This document shows positions 39,536-51,279 of a stretch of 64,000 nt of DNA, piece after piece. How positions within the stretch are numbered: position 1 is the first letter of the stretch; each line of letters starts with the position of its first letter. Source of the stretch: Camelus ferus (lineage: Eukaryota); the NCBI RefSeq assembly GCF_009834535.1, contig NC_045697.1, positions 89,964,001 to 90,028,000 of the forward strand, given 5' to 3'. Both the position numbers and the translations under genes were made by a program. The notes below the pieces were generated by a model, which worked only from the letters and a program-made list of their open reading frames with translations, was not told the DNA's origin and ran no database searches.

Positions 39536-40015
39536 TGTGGCAAATTGTATTTTTCAAAGACTGATGTAAAGATATGTCAGACCCCAAATGCTCTAGAAGT
39601 CTGCAGCTTCCCCATCAAGATTTAAAGTCTATGTCCTGTCTTCAAACTGAGTAGCACTTTGTGACTGCTCCAACCAACAGAGTAGGGCAAAGGGGACACA
39701 GTGTGAAATCCAAGGCTAGGTCAAAAAAATACTATGTACCTCCACCTTGTTTACTCTGGACCTTAGTACTTAAAACCCAGCTACCGTGCTATAAGGAAAC
39801 CCAAGCAGCCTGTGAAGAGGTTCATTTGAAGAAGACCCAAGGACCTCTCAATCAACAGCCAGCACTAATTAGCCAGACAGCAAGTTAAATAAACATGAAC
39901 GTATGTCCTCTAATCACTGTCTGAGCTGCCCAAAACACAGATGCATGAGTTAAAATAAATGACTGTTGTTTTAAGCCACTAAGTTTTGAGGTTGTTTTAC
40001 AGTAATAAATAGAAC
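39536..40015 (+). mobile_element. MLT1 (MaLR) solo LTR
   Basis: tgtggcaaattgtatttttcaaaga ... ttttaagccactaagttttgaggttgtttttacagtaataaatagaaca. Confidence 0.75.
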
Positions 40016-40617
40016 ATCATCCTTAAAAATGCAACTCACATTCCACCTGTTCTTTATAACATTCTTGGAGTTCTAAAGTAAATTCCATTTTCTTCCTTTC
40101 TTTTTGTTCCTCTTTCATTTGGTTTATATCTCTTCTGTAGTATTTATTGCATAGTATTTCATTTCTGTTTCTGAATAGCTGTCTTCCTCATACAACTATG
40201 AGACCCTCGAATACAGGAACTATTTCATATGTCTATCTGATGCCTGAGCTAGTGAAAGGAACATATAAAATACACAGTAAGGGCTTACTGATTTATTGAA
40301 ATATGAGCTGCATTAATAAGGAGATGAGAGAAAAGACAGCAGTGATTATTTGGTTGTAGTGCTGTTTCTGTTTGCCCAGAGGCTTACCTTGTGGGTCCCT
40401 CTTCTATTTGTAGATTCCATTGCTTTAGACACACAAAACTAGGCTAGTCCAATTATAAACTAATGTTCCCACCTGTGATCACAGGTCAGGGTATGGAAAC
40501 TTGATCCAGGTTTAGTTGAGTTTATCAGACTCTTTCTCCTGGCTATTTGAAATGAGTGGAAATACCACTATTGAGGATTATTACAGACTAGTTATCTTAA
40601 ATCAGTTCTCTAGTTCA

Positions 40618-40965
40618 CAGGGCAGCAAAATTGTCCTGTTAAGGCCCAGAAGTAAATATTTTCAGCTTTGCAGGAAAAGCTGTCTGCAAACAATTCTGTC
40701 ACTATAATTCTGTCACTTTAGCACGAAAGCCACCATCGACAATGCATAAATGAATGAGTGGGAGTGTGTTTCAGTAAAACTTTATTTATGATCACTGAAA
40801 TCTGAATTTCACATAATTCTTATGTGCCACAAAATAGTATTCATTTAATTTCTCCAACCATTCAAAACTTGAAAAAAAAAAAAACCTCTTCTTAGTTTGC
40901 AGGCTGCACAAAACAGGCATTGGTGTTTGGTGTTTGGTATTTGGCACGGGACTGTAGTTTTCAGA
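40618..40965. mobile_element. hAT-Charlie MITE (MER58-like) inserted into an older LTR (~40353-41190)
   Basis: cagggcagcaaaatt...aaggcccagaagtaaatattttcagctttgcagg...tttggcacgggactgtagtttt. Confidence 0.75.
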
Positions 40966-41980
40966 CTACAGATCCAGAGAGAAGCTCCACTAGGTCCTGC
41001 TGCTGAGTCCTCCGGGTTACCTGCCCCTCCTCCAAGGGCTCTGATTTCCAGCAATCCCAGCAAGCCCGTTGATTATGGGAGCACCTAAGCAGCCTTTCAA
41101 CTAATTCTTTCGTTTGCTTATTTGTTTATTGCTCATTTGTTTAAGTTGAGTTGAGCTTTTCCACACATGAATGCCCAAAAGACACTGATGCACACTTAAT
41201 AATTGCAAGATCTCATGATTAATTTAACAGCAAGAAAAGAACTATAATGTCAAGTAAGAAAATAAGCTTTCCTAGTTTAAAAGAAAAACATATCTCAAGA
41301 AATAGTGTGTAAAATGCCTTGAAGAGCATGGTTCACTATTTATTTTGCTATTTCAATTAACTATAAGAATACCAAAAGTAGCAAAACTGTGCCTAATAAC
41401 ATTTACCCTCAAGGTCTCAAAAATTGTTGAATGGATATATTTTGGAAGTAGAAGTTTCAAAAAAAAATAAAATAAAAATCTCCTAAGTGACGCTTTTAAA
41501 TCAGATTGTCAGAGGAAACCTTCAGGTATAAATAAACTGACCATGTTTCTGTGTTATTTGATACAACTCAAAATCAAAAGATAATTATGGAAAACAAATT
41601 TAAGTATAATTTGAAGCTAATACTGCCTATTTACCACAATAAGTAACTATATGAAATGCTTTTAGTCAATTTGGTTTTTGTGGTGCATTAAAGAAAATAC
41701 CTACATGATTCAGTCAGGCATTTGACTATTCTATCCCAGGGTTTCACTATTTATATACAGACCAGGAATAAGTCATCCAACTGCACACAAACACTAGCCA
41801 CTAGCCAAAGGGTATGAGAATCAGTATTGTAAATATGCTGTCTCCCAAAACAAGTGAGCACATCCATCCATTCATACATCAATCTTCTGGAGAGGAGAGT
41901 ATTCAACAGTAACACTCAAACTTATAAATGTTTTTGCATATCTATGGTAACCATGAAGTGGTTATAATTATTATAATTAC

Positions 41981-42030
41981 TTTTAATATTTCAACTTTGC
42001 AAAAACCCTCCACTGGTAATTGCACACTAC
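41981..42030 (-). pseudogene. Candidate pseudo-exon, SVQLPVEGFCKVEILK
   Basis: gtatttgtcatttag| acceptor, AAA|gtaatt donor; open phase 1-0; short. Confidence 0.3.
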
Positions 42031-42500
42031 CTAAATGACAAATACCAGGGAGCTGTTTAATGCTGACAAACGTCTGTCCTGTGTGTTATTCGTTGTGAGT
42101 CACATGTGGGTCATTTGGTATTTCATTTCCAACCTTTTTTCTTTTTAATGTCACCAATTTTAAGTTGAAAACAACTTAAAAACTTAAAAAACAAAAGTTT
42201 ATTAGAAACATGAGTGATACTTGAGTATACTCATTTTTTTTTTTCAGGTCAATCATCTTCCCCTACTAGAGTCTAGGATTTCTTTTTTTCACTTGTGATA
42301 TTGTTATGCTCATAACTCATCTATTCTTATACTTTAACACAAATAGATTTTGTCTCCCAGAGGCTGTGAATGATGCCCCCTGCTTAAATTTTCCCAAGGG
42401 CCCTTGATTTGGTTCTCCCTTTTTTTTTCAGCTAATGGGATGGCTGAGTCTAAGGCAACATTTTAAGACTCTTAACTTTAATTACAAAATGTATTTATGC

Positions 42501-42746
42501 CTGGGTACACACACAGAGTTGCCTTTATGAAAAAATAAGACTGTGAGGCCCCTTTAAGCTTCTCTGGAAGATCATTTAATGGCTGTCATTTTTACTTTTC
42601 AGCTTGTTCATCAAATTGTAAAATATTCCAGTGAGAAAATTAAATCCTTATTTATCTTCATACTTTCAAAACTGCCCATGGGCAGCACTGAATGACTTTA
42701 CATTTTTCTTGAAAATACGCACATGGATATTTTCATCTGAAATTTT
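42501..42746 (-). pseudogene. Candidate pseudo-exon, KISDENIHVRIFKKNVKSFSAAHGQF*KYEDK*GFNFLTGIFYNLMNKLK...
   Basis: ctaattttctgtttttcaacaacttcag| acceptor with branch-like CTAAT; donor uncertain (CAG|gcataa). Confidence 0.35.
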
Positions 42747-42853
42747 CTGAAGTTGTTGAAAAACAGAAAATTAGACACTGTATATTTTCAGACAAGTTTT
42801 GATTATATTCACATCAAATCATATTAAAAGGATTAAAATTAAAACAGAGATAC

Positions 42854-43152
42854 CTGTGCTTAGCAATGTCCGTATTATGAGCAACACACATATGAAAACC
42901 CCAAATATACAAACAACAATTTTCAAAATTCTTCTTACTTCTTCTGTCACCTTTAGGTCACTGCTTCCATTCCTGCTACATATGGAACCTCTTGGAGAAC
43001 AGTAATGTCACTTTGTTGGCTTGGCCTGCAAACTCTTGGACCAGTAATTTGATTATTTTTCCCTTTCATTCTTCATCAAAGAAATACATGATGTATACAG
43101 AAATTTGGTGGGTTTCCCATTCTGTCTATCATCTTTGACAACTTGGTATATG
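42854..43152 (-). pseudogene. Pseudo-exon, IYQVVKDDRQNGKPTKFLYTSCISLMKNEREK*SNYWSK...LKVTEEVRRILKIVVCIFGVF...
   Basis: atttaaaatag| acceptor, CAG|gtatct donor; 2 stops in 99 codons. Confidence 0.45.
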
Positions 43153-43364
43153 CTATTTTAAATATATATACTTAAAGCATGGACAAACTCATATACCTTA
43201 GTTAATATGATTTTTGAGCTGTGTCACTGAAAGCTCCTGCAAGCTCAGTCAAGCATCTGTCTATTCTACCCAGTGGTTCCATCATGTATAGACCTGGGAT
43301 AAGTTACCTGGTTGCATATGTTCTATTTATGACTATATTGTATATAGATATTTATACATTTACA

Positions 43365-43625
43365 TAAAGGCCATATAATGCGATCAGTAATGTGAGCTCC
43401 AGAGCCAGACTGCCGAGATTTAAATCCTAATTCCACCCATTCTTAAATGTGTGAAATTGAGAAAATTACTTAATTGCTTTGTGCCTCAGTGTCCTCTTTA
43501 GTGAAATTGGATGATAATAATAGTGCCCACCTTACTGTATGAGGATTAGATGGTTTCATACATGGAAAACACCCAGAACAGGAGCTGGCACGTGGTTTGC
43601 ACTCAATAAGTGTTTGGCTATTACT
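43365..43625 (+). mobile_element. MIR SINE
   Basis: ccagagccagactgccgagatttaaatcctaattccac...tttgtgcctcagtgtcctctttagtgaaattggatgataataatagtg...actcaataagtgtttggcta. Confidence 0.85.
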
Positions 43626-43710
43626 GTCCTCTTTAACTCCTTAACTTCTTCCCCTAGGTTTTCCAGTTCTCCTAATCACATCAAGAAAAACTCAATTTAT
43701 ATCTATATAG

Positions 43711-43711
<1 letters not shown>

Positions 43712-43748
<37 letters not shown>
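43712..43748 (+). repeat. (TCTA)n tetranucleotide microsatellite
   Basis: about 9 tandem tcta units. Confidence 0.9.
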
Positions 43749-44269
43749 ATTTCTCAGACAAAATACACAGTCCATATCCACACTTCCCTGGAAATAATTT
43801 TTCAGTAAATCTCGAAGACCCTAAGCCATTATCATTAAAAAACCCTCTAATATGCCTTTTTAGAAACTTTCCCCTACTATACATCTACCTCTTTATCTTT
43901 ATATCTCTTGATATAAAGATATAAATAGCTACATTTCTTATTTAATTTATTTTTTTTATTTGTAGTAAATACATAAACCTTGTATTAAACAGTCAGTTTT
44001 TCTACTTTTTATAAGGTATTTAATTGATGTTATGAATTTAGTTAGAGTTGCCCAGATAGATTTTGATCTTTGATGAAAAGAAAAAAGTTTCAGCTTTCCA
44101 TATGAAGAGCAACCCAGTTAAGAATATTAACACCAGTGCACCAGTGGCACTAGGCCTGACCCCCAACCCCTCAGGAATTTTTGTCAGCTTTTCTTTCTCT
44201 TGCTGACTCAGTTTAGCTGAGCTCAACATGCCCTACACTGAACACATCATTAGCATCTGTACTTTCCCT

Positions 44270-45130
44270 GCATACCTGCCTCTATTTCAGGTTTCACTCT
44301 AGACTCTAAGATGAAACAGTCTGATTGAAGATCAGCTTTAAAAATCCTTCCTCTTCCTCATTTCTCATTTCCAGAAAGTCATTAAACTCTATATAACGAC
44401 CCACCACCACACAAATATCTATCAAATCCTTCCACTTGGTTTCATCACTACTGCCAAGATTCTAGACCACGATCAGTCTAAGTCTAGACTACATGAGCTT
44501 CCGGAAGCTTCCCTCATTGATGGCCATATATCCAGGCTTTTTTCCCTCAAATTCATTCTTCATGATGTCAGCACAGTGAGCCTTCTAAAGTGTTTGTTAC
44601 TCCACTGATTACAAGCTTTCAAATGCTTTCTATTACTCTTGGAGTAACAGTCAAAACCTTTAACAAAACTGACTGAATCCACAGGGCCCACTGTCTTTCT
44701 AGTCTCACACACTCAAGGTCCTGCCAACCAACTTCTTTCTGCTTTTCCCAATATACGGAAGACTCTCTATCTGCCTCTGCTGGCAGCCCTGTAGTTCACC
44801 ATCTTTGCCACAGAATGTTATTTTAACCTACCTGTCTCTTAGCCACCTCTCCTCTCTTAATTTAAATGGCTTGTGCTCTAAGCAGATTCCTTGGCTCATG
44901 TTGGGTGTCTTTGAAGAACTTTCTATTTCCTCTTTCAGATCACTTATTACCCCTTCAGATAATTTTTATTAAAATAAAAAAAAAAAAAACTGCTCCCCGA
45001 TCTCATCACCATCCATGCCTCCACCCACTGTAAGCTTGTGAGTCTAAGACATATTTTAGAAGTAAACACATAGTTTACTTCAGTGCTTACGTATGGAATA
45101 GTGTCTGGCACAATGAAGAAACAATAAATT
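44270..45130 (+). mobile_element. L2 LINE 3' fragment
   Basis: cagtgagccttctaaagtg...ctttctattactcttggagtaacagtcaaaacctt...atagtgtctggcaca...caataaattt. Confidence 0.6.
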
Positions 45131-47554
45131 TATGTTGCACTGAGCATAGTCAGCCTCTCACATCTCCATAGAATGACAGTGTACAACTGCAAAAAGGCAG
45201 CAAGGGAAATGTGAAAGAGATTCATCAAGCAAATACAAAATCTCAGTATGTCTGGAAAGAATAAAATAAAATAAATAAAGTAAAATAAAAGTGTGTACTC
45301 TATGATAAAATGAAGAGGGGGAAATTGCATCCCAGAATATGCTGTGAGGGGCTGCATTTGAGATGAGAGTACATGTCCACAGGAACCCAGGGGAAGATCC
45401 TCCCTCAGAGTCAGCTGACGTGATACAGAGGGTGGGATTAGCTGAACATGTAGGGAAGCGGTGGTTCACTTCCATTTCATTCTCAGAATGGCAAGTACAG
45501 CAATGTTTATCCCCAAGTAAAAAAAAACACGTATCTTTTCTACAATTTTTTTTTTAAATGAGGGAAGCTCTGCCTTTTAGAATTGGCAGTTACTCCAGAT
45601 TCACACATGGGAAACACAATCTGAAAGACGTCATCTCATCCCCTAGCCCTAAACAGAACCTGACAGTGAACTCAGTTCATCCAGGAATATGGGGTTCCTC
45701 ATTAACCATCCTCCTACTTGAGTGTTCTATCAGGAAACAGAGAGCAGAGGAATTTCAGAGCCACCTAGAAAAATCAGTCTGGTTCTCCAACTTGCAATAT
45801 AAATGGACAACTAGGATCTAAAAGCATGGGAACACTTTAAAAAAGGAGGTACAAAATAAACAGATAACTGGTCTCAGGAGAATCAGAATAATTCAGGGAA
45901 CAAAAGAAAATATTTTTAAATTTCTTCATGGATTTCTTACAGAGGTACATTGCATTTGTAAAGCAAGACTAGGAAGTTATGAAAGAGGAACAAAAACAAA
46001 ACAAGAAAAATCTCTTAGAAATTAAAATATATAAAGATAAAATAAATAACTCAATAGAGAGTCTATGATATAAAATGCAGAAAATGTCTCAAAATATATT
46101 ACAAAAGACAAGAAGATGAGAAACATGAGAGAAAAAATATGATGTAGAGGCTCAGTCTAAAAAGTTTAATATCTAACAATAAATCCATAAAAAATTAGAA
46201 AAATTTTTAAATTCATATAAAAACATAAATGTATATTAGAAGAGCCTACTAAGTGAGACATGTGCCAATTAATAAAGTATCTAGACCCAGATACAGCCTT
46301 GTGAAATTTTAGAATGTTAAGGAAAAAGAAAAGATCCTAAAAAGTTTCCAGAAAAAAAAATATGCCATAAAGGAACAGAAATAAACCTAGAGTAACCAGG
46401 TCAAAATTTGCATAGTATAAATAAAATGTAGAAAAAACAAAAAGGAGTTTTGGATTCCCACTGATGTAGGCTGGATGGTGGACTCGGAAAATGAAGACTT
46501 ATACGTGCACTTAAAGGTCATACTGCTTTAAATGAGTCATTTTGTGGGGAATATTCAGTAATTTTAGTTACAAATACCCTGTTAGGCTCTTTCTCAGTTT
46601 CCAGGCATTCTTTCTTCTCACCCATCTTCTTCCAAATATGTTAACTGAGGATGACTGGACTCACTGTGGGTCTCACACTGATAACGCTTTCCCACTATGG
46701 AGCAGCCCTGGGGGTACTCGCTCAGGGAAACAGGGGACGCTCTATACCTTTCCCTGATGGAATTATGGAAATCCATTGGTTCAAGGATAGATAGAGAGAT
46801 GAGCATGTAAAAATTAAGACACATAAAATTCAGGGAAAAAAAATCTCCAAAGACTCCTTGTGAAAAGTAGTCTTGCTCTCAGGAGAGAGACAGAAAAAAG
46901 TGGCCACTCCCTTTCTCTGGTCATTAGCCTACATGGAGAGGAGACCCAGAGTGTCTGCAGCCATCTAGCTACTAGTCCAGGATGAAGTCAGTATGCAGAG
47001 AATAGAACCAAGAGCATCATGTTCAGTGAAGAAGACCACAAACCACCCTGAAGCCCTCTCTGCCTGAAGACTTTAAGTAGCATGTGTCAGCACATTTCCT
47101 TATCATTTTAAGTAATTTGTGTTGAGTGCTCTCTAATTAGCACCTGTGCTGCTGCAGGATTGTCATGTGGAAGAGGGGAAAAACCCCTGATTCCATATGC
47201 TGTCCCCTGGATCCTCTCGTCTCTACTGAGATGTTCCTTCCCTCAGGCCATGAGCCTTCCCGTGTTGGTGTCTGTTCAGGCAGAGTTTGATTAGTCAGTC
47301 ATTAAGGGCCTTACACTGGAGCTCCTATTCAAATTCATGGTCTCTGCTGTACTTTCATACCCCACAGCCCTCTTGTTATTATGCCAGGCTTTTTCAAAAC
47401 AACTGGATTCTCTCAACAGTTCTTTACCTGTCCTCCCAAAGTACACATCATAAGATAAGAGCATTAACAACCTAAAATGTAATATTATATAACCTCAGCT
47501 GTTGATGAATTGCATGCCTCTCTTCAACTTGGACCACCTTTTTTCCTGTCTTAC

Positions 47555-47743
47555 CATATCCACAAATAACCCTATTCATTCTATTGTAAATCAATTTAGC
47601 TTCTCTATTTCCAATCATGTACAGACATCCACATTTTTCTGATGAATTAGTTTCATATACATGCATTTTTATACTAAGACATTTTCTTTTCCTTGAAAAG
47701 AAATCCTCCCACTCCTCCTTTACCCCTTCTTCTCTCTCTTTAC
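47555..47743 (-). pseudogene. Pseudo-exon, KEREEGVKEEWEDFFSRKRKCLSIKMHVYETNSSEKCGCLYMIGNREAKLIYNRMNRVICGY
   Basis: ctgcag| acceptor after an ~80 nt AG-free zone, ATG|gtaaga donor; 189 nt fully open in the phase-1 frame. Confidence 0.55.
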
Positions 47744-48144
47744 CTGCAGATTACATATGTACAGTCACATGCGAGACACAGGTGTGTTGTTAAATTTTAT
47801 CAAGTGGCAAAAAAAAACAAAACAAAACTTAATGTTTCACAAATTGATCATCCAGGAAACTGGTCAAAGATTATCCTTAAGATCAGTTTCATATTTAAAC
47901 GGCTATTATTATGAAATGAAAACTGTCCTGAGATTAAGAAGCAAATCACTTCATATGTTTGCTATTAAAAAGAAAATCTTGTAAACTTTTAATTTCTTTA
48001 TAAAGCATATTCACTAAAATAACATTTGATGAAGGAACAAACAGAACCAAAAGAATCTAAGAAAACAGATTCCAGTGCCATTTGGGAAGTCAAAGAGATG
48101 CCTAAGACATCTCCTGTGGTAGAAGAAAGGTATAGATTACATAC

Positions 48145-48286
48145 CAATGGTGCAGCGATTTACAAAGTAATAGTTCTAGGCTTACATCAGGTTATCTTTT
48201 CTGTTACTTCCTCTTCAAGCACAGAAATCTGGGCATATCCCCATCCTAAATAATCCACTCCTTTCCCAAGATGATCATATTCCTCC
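48145..48286 (-). pseudogene. Pseudo-exon, EEYDHLGKGVDYLGWGYAQISVLEEEVTEKIT*CKPRTITL*IAAPL
   Basis: TTG|gtatgt donor; acceptor appears mutated (ctttttaatcttcAT instead of AG); phase 2 start. Confidence 0.45.
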
Positions 48287-48791
48287 ATGAAGATTAAAAA
48301 GTTTTAGGACTCAAACTTCAAAGTTGTTTCCATCGCAATACAGTACAATATTCCTTTGTGTCACAAGTTAATATACAAATAAATGTTAGTGAGTGGCAAT
48401 AAACTTAAAAAAAAATCTTGATAGTCAAACAATTAAGCACAAATTATTATAACAAGTAGAGAACACAGAAGACTTTGTATAGCTGTAAAAGACGGTTATA
48501 TGAATAGTGTGTATGAATAAAGCCAATGTGCTCTTTTTTCCAGACCTCCTTCAATACTGCTTTTGCTAAACGTATACCACAAACTTACTAAGATTGTCTC
48601 CATGTTAAAAAGCTTGACAGTTTTGAGGATATGGGTTATGTATGTACTGAGGGAGGGAAGGTATCGGTGAGACTGAGCAGCACTAAGGTAAGTGGTTTTA
48701 TTTCAGAGGAAGTTAGAGGGGAGAGATCAATCACTAGAGAGCTAGAGGGTTCAGTCTATACACAACTTCCAGGATAAGGCGCAGTATGTAC

Positions 48792-48947
48792 CTGCATTCC
48801 TTTTTTTGGTGTACGATAGTATGAGGCTGCAAAGCACTTCCACCAAAATTGTTTCACTGAATAAATTCAAGTTAGGGATTTTTGTTTTCCTTCACTCTTT
48901 GTATGGCAGTAACAAACTTTGAGACTCTTACTTGAACCTGAACTTGG
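48792..48947 (-). pseudogene. Pseudo-exon, QVQVQVRVSKFVTAIQRVKENKNP*LEFIQ*NNFGGSALQPHTIVHQKKEC
   Basis: gatatgtattag| acceptor (alternative at 48857), CAG|gtacat donor, phase 2-2 matching the next exon. Confidence 0.45.
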
Positions 48948-49123
48948 CTAATACATATCAACCTGATTTATGTGAATTACATTATAACTAAATACACCAG
49001 GAAGACAGGCTAGTGAAATTAACTGTATTACAAAATGAAATGTTATTTTAATACTGCCATTGACTCCCAATGCGCTGTTCCCCAAACTTGCACGCTTAAC
49101 TGATCTTTATCATTTTGTCATAC

Positions 49124-49236
49124 CTTTACAGAAAGTGTACTATCATTTAGTTAGAATTTTCTTTTTAAGGGTTCACTCTTCTCAAGATATCCTTCTATAT
49201 CGCATAAAATCAAGATTTGGATGTGCTTATTTTTTT
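49124..49236 (-). pseudogene. Pseudo-exon, KNKHIQILILCDIEGYLEKSEPLKRKF*LNDSTLSVK
   Basis: ctacttatctattttatgcctattag| acceptor, AAG|gtatga donor; one stop; may extend to ~49055. Confidence 0.5.
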
Positions 49237-49510
49237 CTAATAGGCATAAAATAGATAAGTAGCAATTAAAACTAAAAAGAAGTGTGTTCATATGACTGCT
49301 CCTAATATTTTCACATTCTACAAATGGTATGTTTACCTCACCTTGGAAAACACTACTTAATATTTTTGGTTGCTGTACAGTTTTAAAATATGTATTCTCT
49401 CTTAAAAATTATGTGTGTTTATCAGTGCTTATTGAAGAGAAGTCACAAATGAATACAAAAATATAGTTAGAAGGCATTTGTCAACAACTTATTTTGTCTT
49501 TAGGTATTAT

Positions 49511-50151
49511 CGTTAGAGCAGGCAGAGAGCTAGATATGAGCAAAGAAAGGGGGATGCAGGCCAACCGGCAGGAATTGGGCAGAAAGGAGGGCCACAGGCC
49601 GAATACAGGAAACCATACATCCTGTAAACAGCAGGGGTCCCTGGAGAAAAGCAGGGACCTCGGGGCTGATAACAAGTCACATATTTTGGGGTGACAAGTG
49701 GTCTGGAGGCCAACAAAGAAAGGTGGGAAAAAGCAGAGATCTCCAGTGTCTGAATGTAACCTTTGGCTCATTATGCCCTCATTTCAATAAAATTAGCCTT
49801 GCAGATTAGAATTACCCATCATGCACCAACGCCATGACACTTCTGATCCAGACTAAATTAGGACAAAAATCTCTCCTCTCTTTGGGAAAATGGAGTTGGG
49901 ATGAAAATCAGGGAATATGATCCCAAACCCTTCCTACCCCAATGAATAGTCCGTTCATTCATTTTTACACTCTATGTAGCCAACTTGCCAAAGAAACTCA
50001 GGGCAGCTGCTCACCTGAGCCTGCCCGCTCTCCCCTTGAGAGTATACTATCTATCCCTTAATAAATCCTCACTTTACTTTCTTAACCTCTGCGTCCCATC
50101 TCTGAATTCTTTCTGTGATGGTAAAAAAAAATCTAGTCACCACTGGCAAAA
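49511..50151 (+). mobile_element. Relatively young ERV1-type solo LTR
   Basis: Starts (c/t)gttagagcagg, GC-richer than flanks, aataaa at ~50060, U5-like ctctgaattctttctgtgatgg...ccactggca. Confidence 0.65.
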
Positions 50152-50246
50152 TAATTACATAGACATGTCTGTCCAAGATTTATGGGATATCCAAGAAAAT
50201 GAGAAAAATGAACTAACAATACTATCTTTTTTGGGGTCAGGCTTAC

Positions 50247-50428
50247 ACTGAGTATTTGATGCTGTACAACCTTCAGACTGATGAAGTATGTGTCCCCCCT
50301 AGTTCGGATTTAGAATGAGTCTATTCACATATTTTTCATTGAAGATACAATTTCAAAGTTCAGCTTATTCTGAAAGATAAATAACCTTCTTTTAGGTTCC
50401 ATGAGCTTATTAGACTGATACTTTCTAA
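50247..50428 (-). pseudogene. Pseudo-exon, RKYQSNKLMEPKRRLFIFQNKLNFEIVSSMKNM*IDSF*IRTRGDTYFISLKVVQHQILS
   Basis: ggtcttttatcttttgatttatcaag| acceptor (in-frame alternative at 50370), AGT|gtaagc donor; 2 stops in 60 codons. Confidence 0.45.
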
Positions 50429-51279
50429 CTTGATAAATCAAAAGATAAAAGACCATAATATAAACATATATGACATAAAAAATTTTTGAGATCCTATTTA
50501 TTGGCTACAATATTTTGCTAACAAAACTGAGTAAATTCCATAAGTTCATTGTTTTTCCAAAAACCTATAAACACACTGGGAAGAAAAACTATGTGCATAG
50601 ACTACAGATGGTTCTAATGTTTACAGTAGCCAGATTATTTAATAGTTTAAGCAAAGGATACTTATGAATATTATAAGAGATAACCAAAAAATACAAAATC
50701 ATCCAATATATTATAAGTAACAGCTGTTAGAATATGTACTTGAAAGAGTAGTACCACTTGTAGTTAAAGTGTACCAAAAAAGCAGAAATGAGATTAATGT
50801 ATTATATATTATAAAATAGCATAAATTATATTATTTCACAGTTGGTTGAACTTCTCCACAATAAAATCTTTCAATGAAAGCTTTCAAAAACAGAAACAAA
50901 AGTTGATTATTAAGCTGATTTTTATATTATTTAAATTAAAATGTATGTTAAATTTAATTGTGTCAAGATTAGAAAAACAATCCCAGTGTCTTTCAAGAAG
51001 ACATTGAAATATAGAGAAATAGTGAAGATAAAATACCTGCAACAAAGGAGAAATGAAAGGCATAAAATATATCAAAAAGTAATTTTAGAAATAATAAAAT
51101 ATATTGGAAAATTAGTCCAACCTCAAGTACTATATACAGTCTAAAAATTAAAAACTCTTTTATCTAGAAATACAACTAATAGTATTAAGTACAAGTCCTA
51201 TTTTCAGTAATTATACGTTGTTAATTTTTGTAGACCATTGACTCTAATAAATTTTTTTTTTTAATGAAGAAAGGATATT

